Positions 9,507-17,916 of a stretch of DNA of 32,797 bases are shown piece after piece. A model generated the notes under the pieces. The model was not told the DNA's origin. It did no database searches and was given only the letters and a program-made list of their open reading frames with translations. Every line of letters begins with the position of its first letter. Position 1 is the stretch's first letter. A program made the translations under genes and the position numbers. The DNA is from Pseudomonadota bacterium. Its GTDB lineage: Bacteria > Pseudomonadota > Alphaproteobacteria > Rhizobiales > CALHAX01. The stretch spans positions 1 through 32,797 of the forward strand of contig JBCBJG010000003.1 of assembly GCA_038523655.1 (NCBI GenBank), given 5' to 3'.

Positions 9507-9717
9507 TCCCTTCCAGCGATCGGGCCGGCATCGCTGAACCTGATCGCCTCGCGCCCGAACGCTACCCGTGGATGCGGCCCCGAGCGAAACCGCACAGCCT
9601 TTGACCGCCATGCCTGCCGCACGCTAGGTCGCAAGCGGGCGAACCGCGCAGTCTCATTTTGCGGTTTCATCTTACCAGCCGGGCGCGTCTGCGTAGGAAG
9701 ACCAACGGGAGTGGCGG

Positions 9718-10542
9718 ATGCCAAAGCTTGAGGGAACCCTGCTCCTGGTCGGCGCCGGCAAGATGGGCGGCGCGATGCTTTCCGGATGGCTGGATAGCGG
9801 AATCGAGCCCGCCTCCATCCTGATCCAGGACCCTTCTCCCGCTAGCGAAATCGCCGAACTCGCTCGACACCACGCCATCCGCTCAGCACCGTCGTTCGAC
9901 CCGTCGGAGGCCGCACCCGCTGTGGTCGTTCTCGCCGTGAAACCGCAGGTAATGGACACTGTCGCGCCCACGGTGACCGGGCTTGCCTCCCCGAACACCC
10001 TGATCATCTCGGTCGCCGCGGGCCGCACCGTTGCGAGCCTCGCCCGGCATTTTCCTCCCGATACGCCGATCGTCCGCGCGATGCCGAATACGCCGTCATC
10101 GGTTGGTCGCGGCGTAACCGGCGCCTATGCCGCCGCCGGGGTAAGCGACGATCAGAAGCTGCTCTGCACCGAGTTACTCGACGCGGTGGGCGCAACCGTC
10201 TGGGTCGACCGCGAAGCCGACATCGATGCCGTCACCGCCGTCTCAGGCAGCGGCCCGGCCTATGTGTTCCACTTGGTCGAAGCGATGACCGCCGCCGGTA
10301 TGCGCGAAGGGCTGTCGGAAGCGATTGCCGGCGAGCTTGCCCGGCGTACCGTTGCCGGAGCCGGTGAGCTGCTCCATCGCTCGGAATTGCCGGCCGCGAC
10401 GCTGCGGGAAAATGTAACCTCGCCGGGTGGCACAACCGCGGCCGCGCTCGCGGTGTTGATGGCGGAGGAAAAAGGGCTAACGCAACTGATGGGCGACGCA
10501 GTCAACGCCGCCCGACGCCGGGCCGAAGAGCTGTCCGGATGA
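9718..10542 (+). CDS. proC: Pyrroline-5-carboxylate reductase
   Basis: 'LVGAGKMGGAM', 'LAVKPQ', 'VRAMPNTP', 'TAVSGSGPAYVF' and 'VTSPGGTT'. Confidence 0.97.
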   Translation: MPKLEGTLLLVGAGKMGGAMLSGWLDSGIEPASILIQDPSPASEIAELARHHAIRSAPSFDPSEAAPAVVVLAVKPQVMDTVAPTVTGLASPNTLIISVAAGRTVASLARHFPPDTPIVRAMPNTPSSVGRGVTGAYAAAGVSDDQKLLCTELLDAVGATVWVDREADIDAVTAVSGSGPAYVFHLVEAMTAAGMREGLSEAIAGELARRTVAGAGELLHRSELPAATLRENVTSPGGTTAAALAVLMAEEKGLTQLMGDAVNAARRRAEELSG

Positions 10543-10625
10543 ATGCTGCGCGCGGCGCAACTTGAATCCGCTGCGTTCTTGAGCGCGCACTGCCCAACCA
10601 AACACTACACGCTATGCGCTCCGCG

Positions 10626-11828
10626 TCAGGGGCTCCGCGCCGCACTGGTTTGCGGCCAAACCGAGCGCTCCGACAGGCACGGCAGCGCCTTTGATACCGG
10701 GATCGGCGGTTTGCCCGACAGGATACGCAGCTTGTCGAGCAACGTCAGATCGGCCGCATAAAATCGCGAAATCGTCCCGCGCCCGACCTTGTAGAAATGC
10801 TGGAAAATCTGCACTCGTGCGTCGGGATCTGCGCCCTTGAACAGCATGCGGTTCAGCATGCGGAAATAGCGTCGGTCATGCCAGTCTCGCCGGGAGACCG
10901 CCTCCACTTCCCGTGATGCGATTGCGGTCGTCAGATGCGTCAACCCGGACAAATGGTCGGCGACCCGCACGGCATCCGGCAGCGAATAGCCCGTTGTCGG
11001 ATGAAAAAGCGCGGCGCGAAGTCCGATGCGTGCGCCGCCGCCGCGGCTGCGCGCCGACCGCCAAAGCGCATCGATATCACCGCCAAGCACGACCGGCAGT
11101 ACGCCCTGTTCAGTTCGCGCGATCTCCGCGACATCCCACCCGTGCGCGTCGACATAGTCCATGACGCGTGCGTGCAGGCGCTCGACCGAGTGGTCCTCAC
11201 CGTCGGAGTAGTAGGTATCCTCAATCAGGATGCGGTGCGTGTCGTAAGGGAGCGTGTAGACGAAACGATATCCATCATTCTGAGCCACCGTCGCGTCCAT
11301 GATGACCGGGCGCTGTTCACCGTGTGGCGCTCGGCAGATTACCTCCAGGCCGTAGAACTTTTGAAAGCCGAGTGCGAGCGGCAAGCCAACTTCGGGACCG
11401 CGCCCGTCGATCACACACGCGCCTGCGATCTCCCGCCCATCTTGCAGGGCGACGCGATCCTCGCTGACGTCTGCGATCTCTGCATCGAGCAGAACGCTGT
11501 CTCCGATTTCCGCCATCGCGGCTGCGTGAAACTGCTCACTCGTGATCGTATTGTAGCCGACGTCGACAACCCGCGTGAGGTCGGGAAATCGCAACTCCTG
11601 ATCCGGCCAGCGATGCGCGACGAACGGCGCAAGCCACCGGCGTTGATCGGAGGAAATATCGCTGTCGTGAAACGACCATGTATGGTCGGCGCCGAGCGTT
11701 GCGGAGCGCTCTATGACGAGGATCGTCAGATCGGGACGCCGCTGGCGCAGGCGCACCGCGAGCAGCGTGCTTGCCAGACCACCGCCCGCGAGAACCACGT
11801 CGTACCGGTTAGCCAACTCCTGCCGCAT
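10626..11828 (-). CDS. crtY: Lycopene beta-cyclase
   Basis: 'DVVLAGGGLA', 'HTWSFH', 'QKFYGLE', 'IMDATVAQNDGYRFVYTLP', 'LIEDTYYS', 'FHPTTGYSLP' and 'GKPPIPV'. GGAG RBS before ATG 11828. Confidence 0.93.
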   Translation of the reverse strand: MRQELANRYDVVLAGGGLASTLLAVRLRQRRPDLTILVIERSATLGADHTWSFHDSDISSDQRRWLAPFVAHRWPDQELRFPDLTRVVDVGYNTITSEQFHAAAMAEIGDSVLLDAEIADVSEDRVALQDGREIAGACVIDGRGPEVGLPLALGFQKFYGLEVICRAPHGEQRPVIMDATVAQNDGYRFVYTLPYDTHRILIEDTYYSDGEDHSVERLHARVMDYVDAHGWDVAEIARTEQGVLPVVLGGDIDALWRSARSRGGGARIGLRAALFHPTTGYSLPDAVRVADHLSGLTHLTTAIASREVEAVSRRDWHDRRYFRMLNRMLFKGADPDARVQIFQHFYKVGRGTISRFYAADLTLLDKLRILSGKPPIPVSKALPCLSERSVWPQTSAARSP

Positions 11829-12107
11829 CGGGGATCTCCGGCTCACGCGTGCATCGCTCGTGACCCGTTACATAGGCGCTCCCCTCCAAACGGCCAACCG
11901 GGCGTCACCGGGTTTGCGTGATCGCGGGAGATATTGGTTGAGCAGCAGACCCAATGGACAGGCCGCCGAAGGGACCGCCTGCTGCTTCTGTAGCGCCGGA
12001 TAAAGCGCGCCTTCGCGTATCCACAAGCTTCAACGGGTCTCGTGCATCCGATGAACAGGCATTGGCCGCACGTCGCTGCGGCAGGACGTGCCGGTAACTT
12101 CACACGC

Positions 12108-12401
12108 CTACGCGTCCAGCAGAAAAAGCACGGCAATGACGCTGAGGCCGAGGGCACCGACGAGCATTCCCGGCCAACCAAACCGCGGCGACGCCGCACC
12201 GCCGCGGGCGAGCAGCCTGGCGACGAGCCCGAGGACAAACGAGGCTGCGCTCGCAACGCCCGCCCACGCGAGAAACATCAGGAGCGCCATGCCTCGGCCA
12301 TCACTGAGCGCATCGCCGCTCAACGCTCCGACGAGCAAGCCGACGCTGACAAAAGTCGCGATCATCGCAGTTAACGTCGCGATGCTTAGCAGAACCCGCA
12401 T
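12108..12401 (-). CDS. Small hypothetical membrane protein (about 3 TM segments)
   Basis: 97-aa ORF with three hydrophobic stretches and a GGGA upstream, co-oriented between fhs and crtY. No family recognised. Confidence 0.6.
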   Translation of the reverse strand: MRVLLSIATLTAMIATFVSVGLLVGALSGDALSDGRGMALLMFLAWAGVASAASFVLGLVARLLARGGAASPRFGWPGMLVGALGLSVIAVLFLLDA

Positions 12402-12437
12402 GACGATCCCGTGTCCCTAACGCGCAGTCGACGCAGA

Positions 12438-12467
12438 ACCGATCGGGCGGCGCTCCGCTCGATCGGT
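12438..12467. terminator. GC-rich inverted repeat downstream of fhs, possible terminator
   Basis: ACCGATCGGGCGG-cgct-CCGCTCGATCGGT, a 13-bp stem with one imperfect pair, about 30 bp after the fhs stop. The U tail is weak. Confidence 0.5.
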
Positions 12468-12499
12468 CCTCGCGACCTCGGTCCCTTTTTTTCGCGCGA

Positions 12500-14173
12500 C
12501 TAGAACAGGCCCTGCACAAGCCCGGCCTCGTCGAGACGGATGCTTTCCGCCGCCGGAACCCGCGGCAGGCCCGGCATGGTCATAATGTCCCCGGTGATCG
12601 CTACGATGAACTCCGCCCCCGCCGACAGCCGCACCTCGCGGATCGCGAGCGAATGCCCCGTCGGCGCGCCCTTGAGGTTCGGGTCGGTTGAAAACGAATA
12701 TTGCGTTTTCGCCATGCAGACCGGGAAGTGCCCGTAGCCCTGATCTTCCCACTTCTTGAGCTGGTTCAGGATCGCCTGCGGCGCCGTCACCTCGTCCGCT
12801 CGATAAATCTCCTTACCGATCGTGGAGATTTTTTCAAACAGCGGCACGTCATCGCCGTAGAGTGGTTTGAACTGGCTCTCGCCCTCGCAAAGCTCTACGA
12901 CATGCTCGGCAAGTTCGCGCGTGCCTTCACTCCCGTTCGCCCAGTGTGAAGCGAGGATCGCCTTGGCGCCGAGGTTCTCGGCAGCTTCACGCACGGCAGC
13001 GATTTCCGCCTCGGTATCATTGATGAACTGGTTGATCGCGACGACCGGCTGAATGCCGAACTTCTTCAGGTTTTCGATGTGACGCGCCATGTTCTCCGCG
13101 CCGGCCTTCACCGCGTCGACATTTTCATCCTTCAGATCGTCCTTCGCGACGCCGCCGTGCATTTTCAACGCACGGACAGTGGCAACGAGCACTGCAGCCG
13201 AGGGCGCGAGCCCCGCCTTGCGGCACTTGATATCCATGAATTTCTCGGCGCCGAGGTCTGCGCCAAAACCCGCTTCGGTCACCACGTAATCGGCAAGTTT
13301 CAGCGCCGTCTTCGTCGCCATCACCGAGTTGCAGCCGTGCGCGATATTCGCAAATGGCCCACCGTGGATAAACGCCGGATTGTTTTCGAGCGTCTGCACG
13401 ATGTTCGGCATCAGCGCATCCTTGAGCAGGACCGCCATCGCCTCGTGCGCCTTGAGCTGTTTCGCGAGGATCGGTTCGCGGGTCCGCGTGTAAGCGACGA
13501 CGATGTTGCCGATCCGGCTCGTCAGGTCGTCCAGGCTCGTGGCGAGGCAGAAGATCGCCATGATTTCCGAAGCGACGGTGATGTCGAATCCGTCCTGTCG
13601 GGGAAACCCGTTTCCGATCCCGCCAAGACCGTTGGTGATCGAGCGCAGCGCCCGATCGTTCATGTCGACGACCCGACGGTAGGCGACCCGGCGCGCATCG
13701 ATGCCGAGGTCGTTGCCCCAGTGGATGTGGTTGTCGATCATCGCGGCGAGCAGGTTGTGCGCGATGCCGATTGCGTGGAAGTCGCCCGTGAAGTGGAGGT
13801 TGATATCCTCCATCGGTACGACCTGCGCATAGCCGCCGCCCGCCGCGCCACCTTTCATCCCGAAGCACGGTCCAAGGGAAGGCTCGCGAATGCAGATGGT
13901 TGCCTTCTTGCCGATCTTGTTCAGCCCGTCGCCAAGCCCGACAGTGGTGGTGGTCTTACCTTCCCCCGCGGGCGTCGGCGTGATCGCGGTCACGAGGATG
14001 AGCTTGCCGTCCGGCTTGCTCTCGAGGCCCTGAATGAAGTCGTAGGACACTTTCGCCTTGGACGGGCCGTACTGCAGAAGTGCGTCCGCCGGGATGTCGA
14101 GTTTCGCGCCAATCTCGGTGATCGGCTGCATGGATGCCTCGCGGGCGATCTCGATATCGGACTTCACGGCCAT
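12500..14173 (-). CDS. fhs: Formate--tetrahydrofolate ligase
   Basis: 'KSDIEIA', '[15 protein letters not shown]', '[12 protein letters not shown]', '[14 protein letters not shown]', '[14 protein letters not shown]' and 'MTMPGLP'; 557 aa. Confidence 0.98.
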   Translation of the reverse strand: MAVKSDIEIAREASMQPITEIGAKLDIPADALLQYGPSKAKVSYDFIQGLESKPDGKLILVTAITPTPAGEGKTTTTVGLGDGLNKIGKKATICIREPSLGPCFGMKGGAAGGGYAQVVPMEDINLHFTGDFHAIGIAHNLLAAMIDNHIHWGNDLGIDARRVAYRRVVDMNDRALRSITNGLGGIGNGFPRQDGFDITVASEIMAIFCLATSLDDLTSRIGNIVVAYTRTREPILAKQLKAHEAMAVLLKDALMPNIVQTLENNPAFIHGGPFANIAHGCNSVMATKTALKLADYVVTEAGFGADLGAEKFMDIKCRKAGLAPSAAVLVATVRALKMHGGVAKDDLKDENVDAVKAGAENMARHIENLKKFGIQPVVAINQFINDTEAEIAAVREAAENLGAKAILASHWANGSEGTRELAEHVVELCEGESQFKPLYGDDVPLFEKISTIGKEIYRADEVTAPQAILNQLKKWEDQGYGHFPVCMAKTQYSFSTDPNLKGAPTGHSLAIREVRLSAGAEFIVAITGDIMTMPGLPRVPAAESIRLDEAGLVQGLF

Positions 14174-14565
14174 GGTTCTGTCTGCTCCGTTGCGCCTGCC
14201 CGCCGCGCGGGTCGATGGCGGATGCCGGTCCATGCCGGCAGATAATGAAGGATCGCGCGGCCCCTCTAGACCGATTGCAGACCAATGAGAACCAATTTTC
14301 CGAGGTCGGTCTGCGCTGCCGAAGCCCGGCGATGATAAACCCGTAAAACCGCGACCAACGCTCGGATAGAGCCACCTCGCCCGGCCTCTTGTGACAGGCC
14401 CGTGCTGGTTTCCGAAGGACGTGAGTAAGCGGGCGCTCACCAGATGCGCATGCGGTCCGGCCCAATCGCGGTCGCGCCTTGATGCCTGCGACCTCGCTCG
14501 TTACGCGTAATGCGGGAGACGTCAGGGCCTGAGCAGGCTTCACAGACGCGGGGGAGGAGCAGCGC

Positions 14566-15711
14566 ATGGCGCGCGCGATCATCAGCGGCACGGGTGTGTT
14601 CACCCCGTCGCAAACCATCACCAACGCGGAACTCGTTGCGGCCTTCAACAGCTACGCCGAGCGACAGAACGCGCTTCACGCGGACGACATTGCCGCAGGA
14701 ACGCGCGCGCCGATGCAGATGTCGTCGGTCGCGTTCATCGAGAAGGCATCCGGCATCGAGCAACGCTATGTGCTCGACAAGAAGGGCATTCTCGATCCCG
14801 AGATCATGCATCCGATTTTACCTCCCCGCACCAACGACGAACCAGCGATCATGGCGGAGCTTGCGGTCGATGCGGCGCGCAAGGCGATGGCGCAGGCCGG
14901 TCGCGGCCCTGAAGATATCGACGCGGTGATCGTCGCCGCGTCGAACCATGAGCGGGCCTACCCCGCCATTGCCATCGAGGTGCAGGACCTCCTCGGCATC
15001 CAAGGTTTCGGCTTCGATATGAACGTCGCCTGCTCCTCGGCGACCTTCGGCATTCAGGCTGCCGCCGACATGATCCGCTCTGGTTCCGCCCGGGCGATCC
15101 TCGTTGTGAACCCGGAGATCTGTTCGGGCCATCTCGAGTGGCGTGACCGAGATTGCCACTTCATTTTCGGCGACGTGTGTACGGCCTCGGTCCTCGAATG
15201 GGGCGGAGATCCGAAAAGCCGCGCCACAAGCCGCGCCGCCGAAAATGGCTGGGAAATTCTCTCCACCCGCTGCCTGACGCAGTTCTCGAACAACATCCGG
15301 AACAACCGGGGCTTCCTCGATCGCGCCCGCCCCGGCCATGAGCACGACCGCGACAAGCTCTTCATGCAAGAGGGACGAAAAGTCTTCAAACAGGTTGTGC
15401 CGATCGTCGGCGATCTGATCCTGTCGCATCTCGCGGAAGAAAATGTTCGCCCCGACGATCTCTCGCGCCTTTGGCTGCATCAGGCCAACAAGGGCATGAA
15501 CGATCTGATCGGCAAACGCGTGCTCGGCCGCGAACCCGAGCCCGGCGAACAGCCGAACATTCTGCAGGACTACGCCAACACTTCCTCCGCCGGCTCGATC
15601 ATCGCCTTCTCAAAGTTCAACAACGACCTCCCCGCCGGCAGCCTCGGCGTCATTTGCTCGTTTGGTGCCGGATATTCGGTCGGCAGTGTGCTGGTGAGGC
15701 GGATGGGGTGA
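14566..15711 (+). CDS. Beta-ketoacyl-ACP synthase III, long form (PA3286-like)
   Basis: GGAGGAG RBS. Catalytic Cys 'VACSSATFG', His 'WLHQAN' and Asn 'YANTSSAG', plus 'CSFGAGYS'. The N-terminal 'AFNSYAERQNA...FIEKASGI' is typical of the long KAS III subfamily. Confidence 0.9.
   Translation: MARAIISGTGVFTPSQTITNAELVAAFNSYAERQNALHADDIAAGTRAPMQMSSVAFIEKASGIEQRYVLDKKGILDPEIMHPILPPRTNDEPAIMAELAVDAARKAMAQAGRGPEDIDAVIVAASNHERAYPAIAIEVQDLLGIQGFGFDMNVACSSATFGIQAAADMIRSGSARAILVVNPEICSGHLEWRDRDCHFIFGDVCTASVLEWGGDPKSRATSRAAENGWEILSTRCLTQFSNNIRNNRGFLDRARPGHEHDRDKLFMQEGRKVFKQVVPIVGDLILSHLAEENVRPDDLSRLWLHQANKGMNDLIGKRVLGREPEPGEQPNILQDYANTSSAGSIIAFSKFNNDLPAGSLGVICSFGAGYSVGSVLVRRMG
15216..15239 (+). repeat. 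12-bp tandem duplication inside KAS III (SRATSRAA)
   Basis: AAGCCGCGCCAC followed by AAGCCGCGCCGC. Confidence 0.8.
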
Positions 15712-15742
15712 GCTAAGAGTCAGAATGAAAGGGTCAAACATA

Positions 15743-16269
15743 ATGATGAACGTGTTCGCGAAACGCCTGATCTGATCGGATTTTTAATCGCGGCCTCATG
15801 CTTCCTTGCTTCAGGACTTCCTGCTGGCGCACATCACTCTCAGTTCACGGTCTGCAACAAGCGCTCAGGTCCTGTCTATTTCGCCATGGCCTCGAGAGCC
15901 GGCATGGATCTACTTTTTATGCGCTGGACTTTTACCGGTCCCTACCGGCTGGCGTCGGGTGCGTGCACGTCCAAGACATGGGTCGGTGAAGGTGCGGGGT
16001 TTGCGATCATGGGCGCATGGGAAGAAGGCTGGTTATATGGCTTCAAGGACCTTAGTCTTTCGCCCGCTGGCGTCGTGACGAACTACAATTACGCTTCCTC
16101 GACCAACTGGTCGTTTTGCGTGAAACCCAGGTCTTATGAAAAGCGACAGGTAAAAGACCTAAAGAGTCTGAATTCCTGTTCCTCCTCCGCCGCAACACTC
16201 AAAACCCGATGTGGTGTCGAGCTCGATCTACGTCAGAACAATCGCAGCCGCATGATTGCGATCCTCTGA
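15743..16269 (+). pseudogene. Secreted DUF1036-like protein frameshifted by a 5-bp tandem duplication
   Basis: ATG 15743 reads MMNVFAKRLI then stops at TGA 15773, inside CTGATCTGATC (15767-15777). Removing one 5-bp unit gives a continuous 173-aa ORF, MMNVFAKRLIGFLIAASCFLASGLPAGAHHSQFTVCNKRSGPVYFAM..., with a signal peptide and a 'VCN...W...G...C' DUF1036-like pattern. Confidence 0.65.
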
Positions 16270-16292
16270 ACCGCGTCGCCGACGGTCGTTTC

Positions 16293-17855
16293 CTAATTAA
16301 ACCAGATCGCGAACTGCGGGAAATCTTGCCCGAACGGGGCGACACGCGTGTGCCATTCGCGTTGCGTAATGACCGGTCCCGAGTCGAGATAAGGGACGAG
16401 TGCGTGACCGGAAGCGATGGCGATAAAATCGATGCGGGTGGCTGTTTCGAGGAGCCGTTTCACGTTGATGCCGCGCTGGAACCGTGGGTGGGGGATGAGC
16501 CGCCGTCCTTCCAACACATCGGTCATCAGCGCCGTCGTTGCGAGCCAGCCATCGATGATGTCGTCCGTCACGGGCGCCACGCCGAACGGTGCGGTTTGCT
16601 TGGCGTTGGGCAGAAACTCACGATCATCGTCACGTTCGGCGCGCGCAAGCCGCCACGTCGTCGTGTTGATCGCAAGTGCACGCAGCAGGCGGCGCCGTGC
16701 GCTTTCGAGCCGAACGCGATCTGCGACGCGCCAGTTCAATGAATGGACGGCGGCGACCAGGTCGAAGAAACCCACGTCCGCCTGTCCAGAGTTCTCACGT
16801 TGCAAAGCGCGGCGTTGCTGTTGCAATTGACGTACCTCGCGCTGCGCGGTTTTTCTCCGGGCGCGTTCTTCCGCGATCCGCTCCAAAAGCTCTTCACGAT
16901 CGGCGGCTGGTGCGTCGCGCTTGACGAGTTCGGTCAACCGCGCGGTCAGGGCGTTGAGCACGACAAGGCTTCGGGCGCGGCGTTGTGCGTCGTCGAGGCG
17001 CTTTTTGACCGACGCCAACTCGGCCGCGATCGCCGCTTGAGATCGACCAAATCGGGCGTCGCGTTTGAGCTCGAGCCCGAACGCAGTGGCGTCCTCACCG
17101 AACAGCAGGTGCCCGGCCGCCTCATAGGTTGGAGAGAAATCAAACGCGAGCAGCAATTCGACCGTCCCCATGATCAGGTTCGTATACCCGCGCATCCACG
17201 ACGCATCGGTGGCGTCGAGTGCGAGTTCGCTCGTGATGAACGCGGTCCGCTGCTCGGCTGAAACGCGTCCGAGAAACGAGAGAAAAATCCGCTCTTGGGC
17301 GTCGATGGTGCCATTGCTGTCGAGGTCGATCGCGACGCGGCCCGGTTGGACGACGAGCTTCACGTCCCGGTCTGCGACCTGCGCAAGCACCTTTTCCGCA
17401 GCTTCGAGCCGCATGACGAAGTCGGTCAAAATCTCGCGCAGTGCCGCGTACGTCATGGGCGTTGCATCAGGGTTCACCGGAACGACCAGTGACAGTACGC
17501 TCCGACCTGGCTGACCAAGCGCGTTGCGGCGGAACGTCTCGAGCCCTGGCGCAGACGCGAGCGTTCCGGTCCGTGCGTACAGCGCGCGCTGGAACTGGGC
17601 GATTGCATCAAAGGCTTTGAGCGCGCCAAGCCCGAGCACCGCCTGAGCATCGTCAGGGTTCGCGATGAGCTTCCCCTCAAGCGCACGTGCGCCCTCCGCA
17701 AACCGCCCGGCATAGGCCGCAGCGCGGAACAGATCATCCGATTGCGCGGCTGTCGGCGTGCTGGCGGACTGGGCGTGCGCCGACGGTGCCGCGTGCACGG
17801 CAACGAGGGCACCGAGGCCGGCGACAAACTGGCCGAAACGACAAAACTTCCGCAT
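16293..17855 (-). CDS. Hypothetical exported alpha-helical protein
   Basis: GAGGA RBS and signal peptide MRKFCRF...AAPSAHA-Q. Contains a 'DLDSNGTIDAQE' EF-hand-like loop, a central coiled coil and the C-terminus 'FAIWFN'; 520 aa. Confidence 0.8.
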   Translation of the reverse strand: MRKFCRFGQFVAGLGALVAVHAAPSAHAQSASTPTAAQSDDLFRAAAYAGRFAEGARALEGKLIANPDDAQAVLGLGALKAFDAIAQFQRALYARTGTLASAPGLETFRRNALGQPGRSVLSLVVPVNPDATPMTYAALREILTDFVMRLEAAEKVLAQVADRDVKLVVQPGRVAIDLDSNGTIDAQERIFLSFLGRVSAEQRTAFITSELALDATDASWMRGYTNLIMGTVELLLAFDFSPTYEAAGHLLFGEDATAFGLELKRDARFGRSQAAIAAELASVKKRLDDAQRRARSLVVLNALTARLTELVKRDAPAADREELLERIAEERARRKTAQREVRQLQQQRRALQRENSGQADVGFFDLVAAVHSLNWRVADRVRLESARRRLLRALAINTTTWRLARAERDDDREFLPNAKQTAPFGVAPVTDDIIDGWLATTALMTDVLEGRRLIPHPRFQRGINVKRLLETATRIDFIAIASGHALVPYLDSGPVITQREWHTRVAPFGQDFPQFAIWFN

Positions 17856-17916
17856 GTCCGCATCCTCTGCTCTGGGCGCGTGACGCCCGTCCACGCGATC
17901 GGCAGACTACGGACTT

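Noticed and set aside
11829-12107. PpsR/CrtJ site (TGT-N12-ACA) upstream of crtY
   Set aside because: No matching palindrome found by eye.
13079-14245. 388-aa plus-strand ORF and similar long antisense ORFs (10935..11921, 20963..22006, 24293..25333, 26903..27922, 28569..29492)
   Set aside because: Each lies opposite a well-supported gene and shows no family motifs.
14174-14440. N-terminal extensions given in the ORF track for fhs, and likewise for prs, ubiK, ybjN and the HD gene
   Set aside because: Family-typical N-termini, in most cases with an RBS, begin at downstream ATGs. The extensions are open-frame intergenic sequence.
14174-14565. ZMP/ZTP (pfl) or THF riboswitch upstream of fhs
   Set aside because: I could not find the ZTP hallmark segments (such as the 3' CGCCUGGGC) on the minus strand; only short GC hairpins are present. 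An Infernal scan would settle it.
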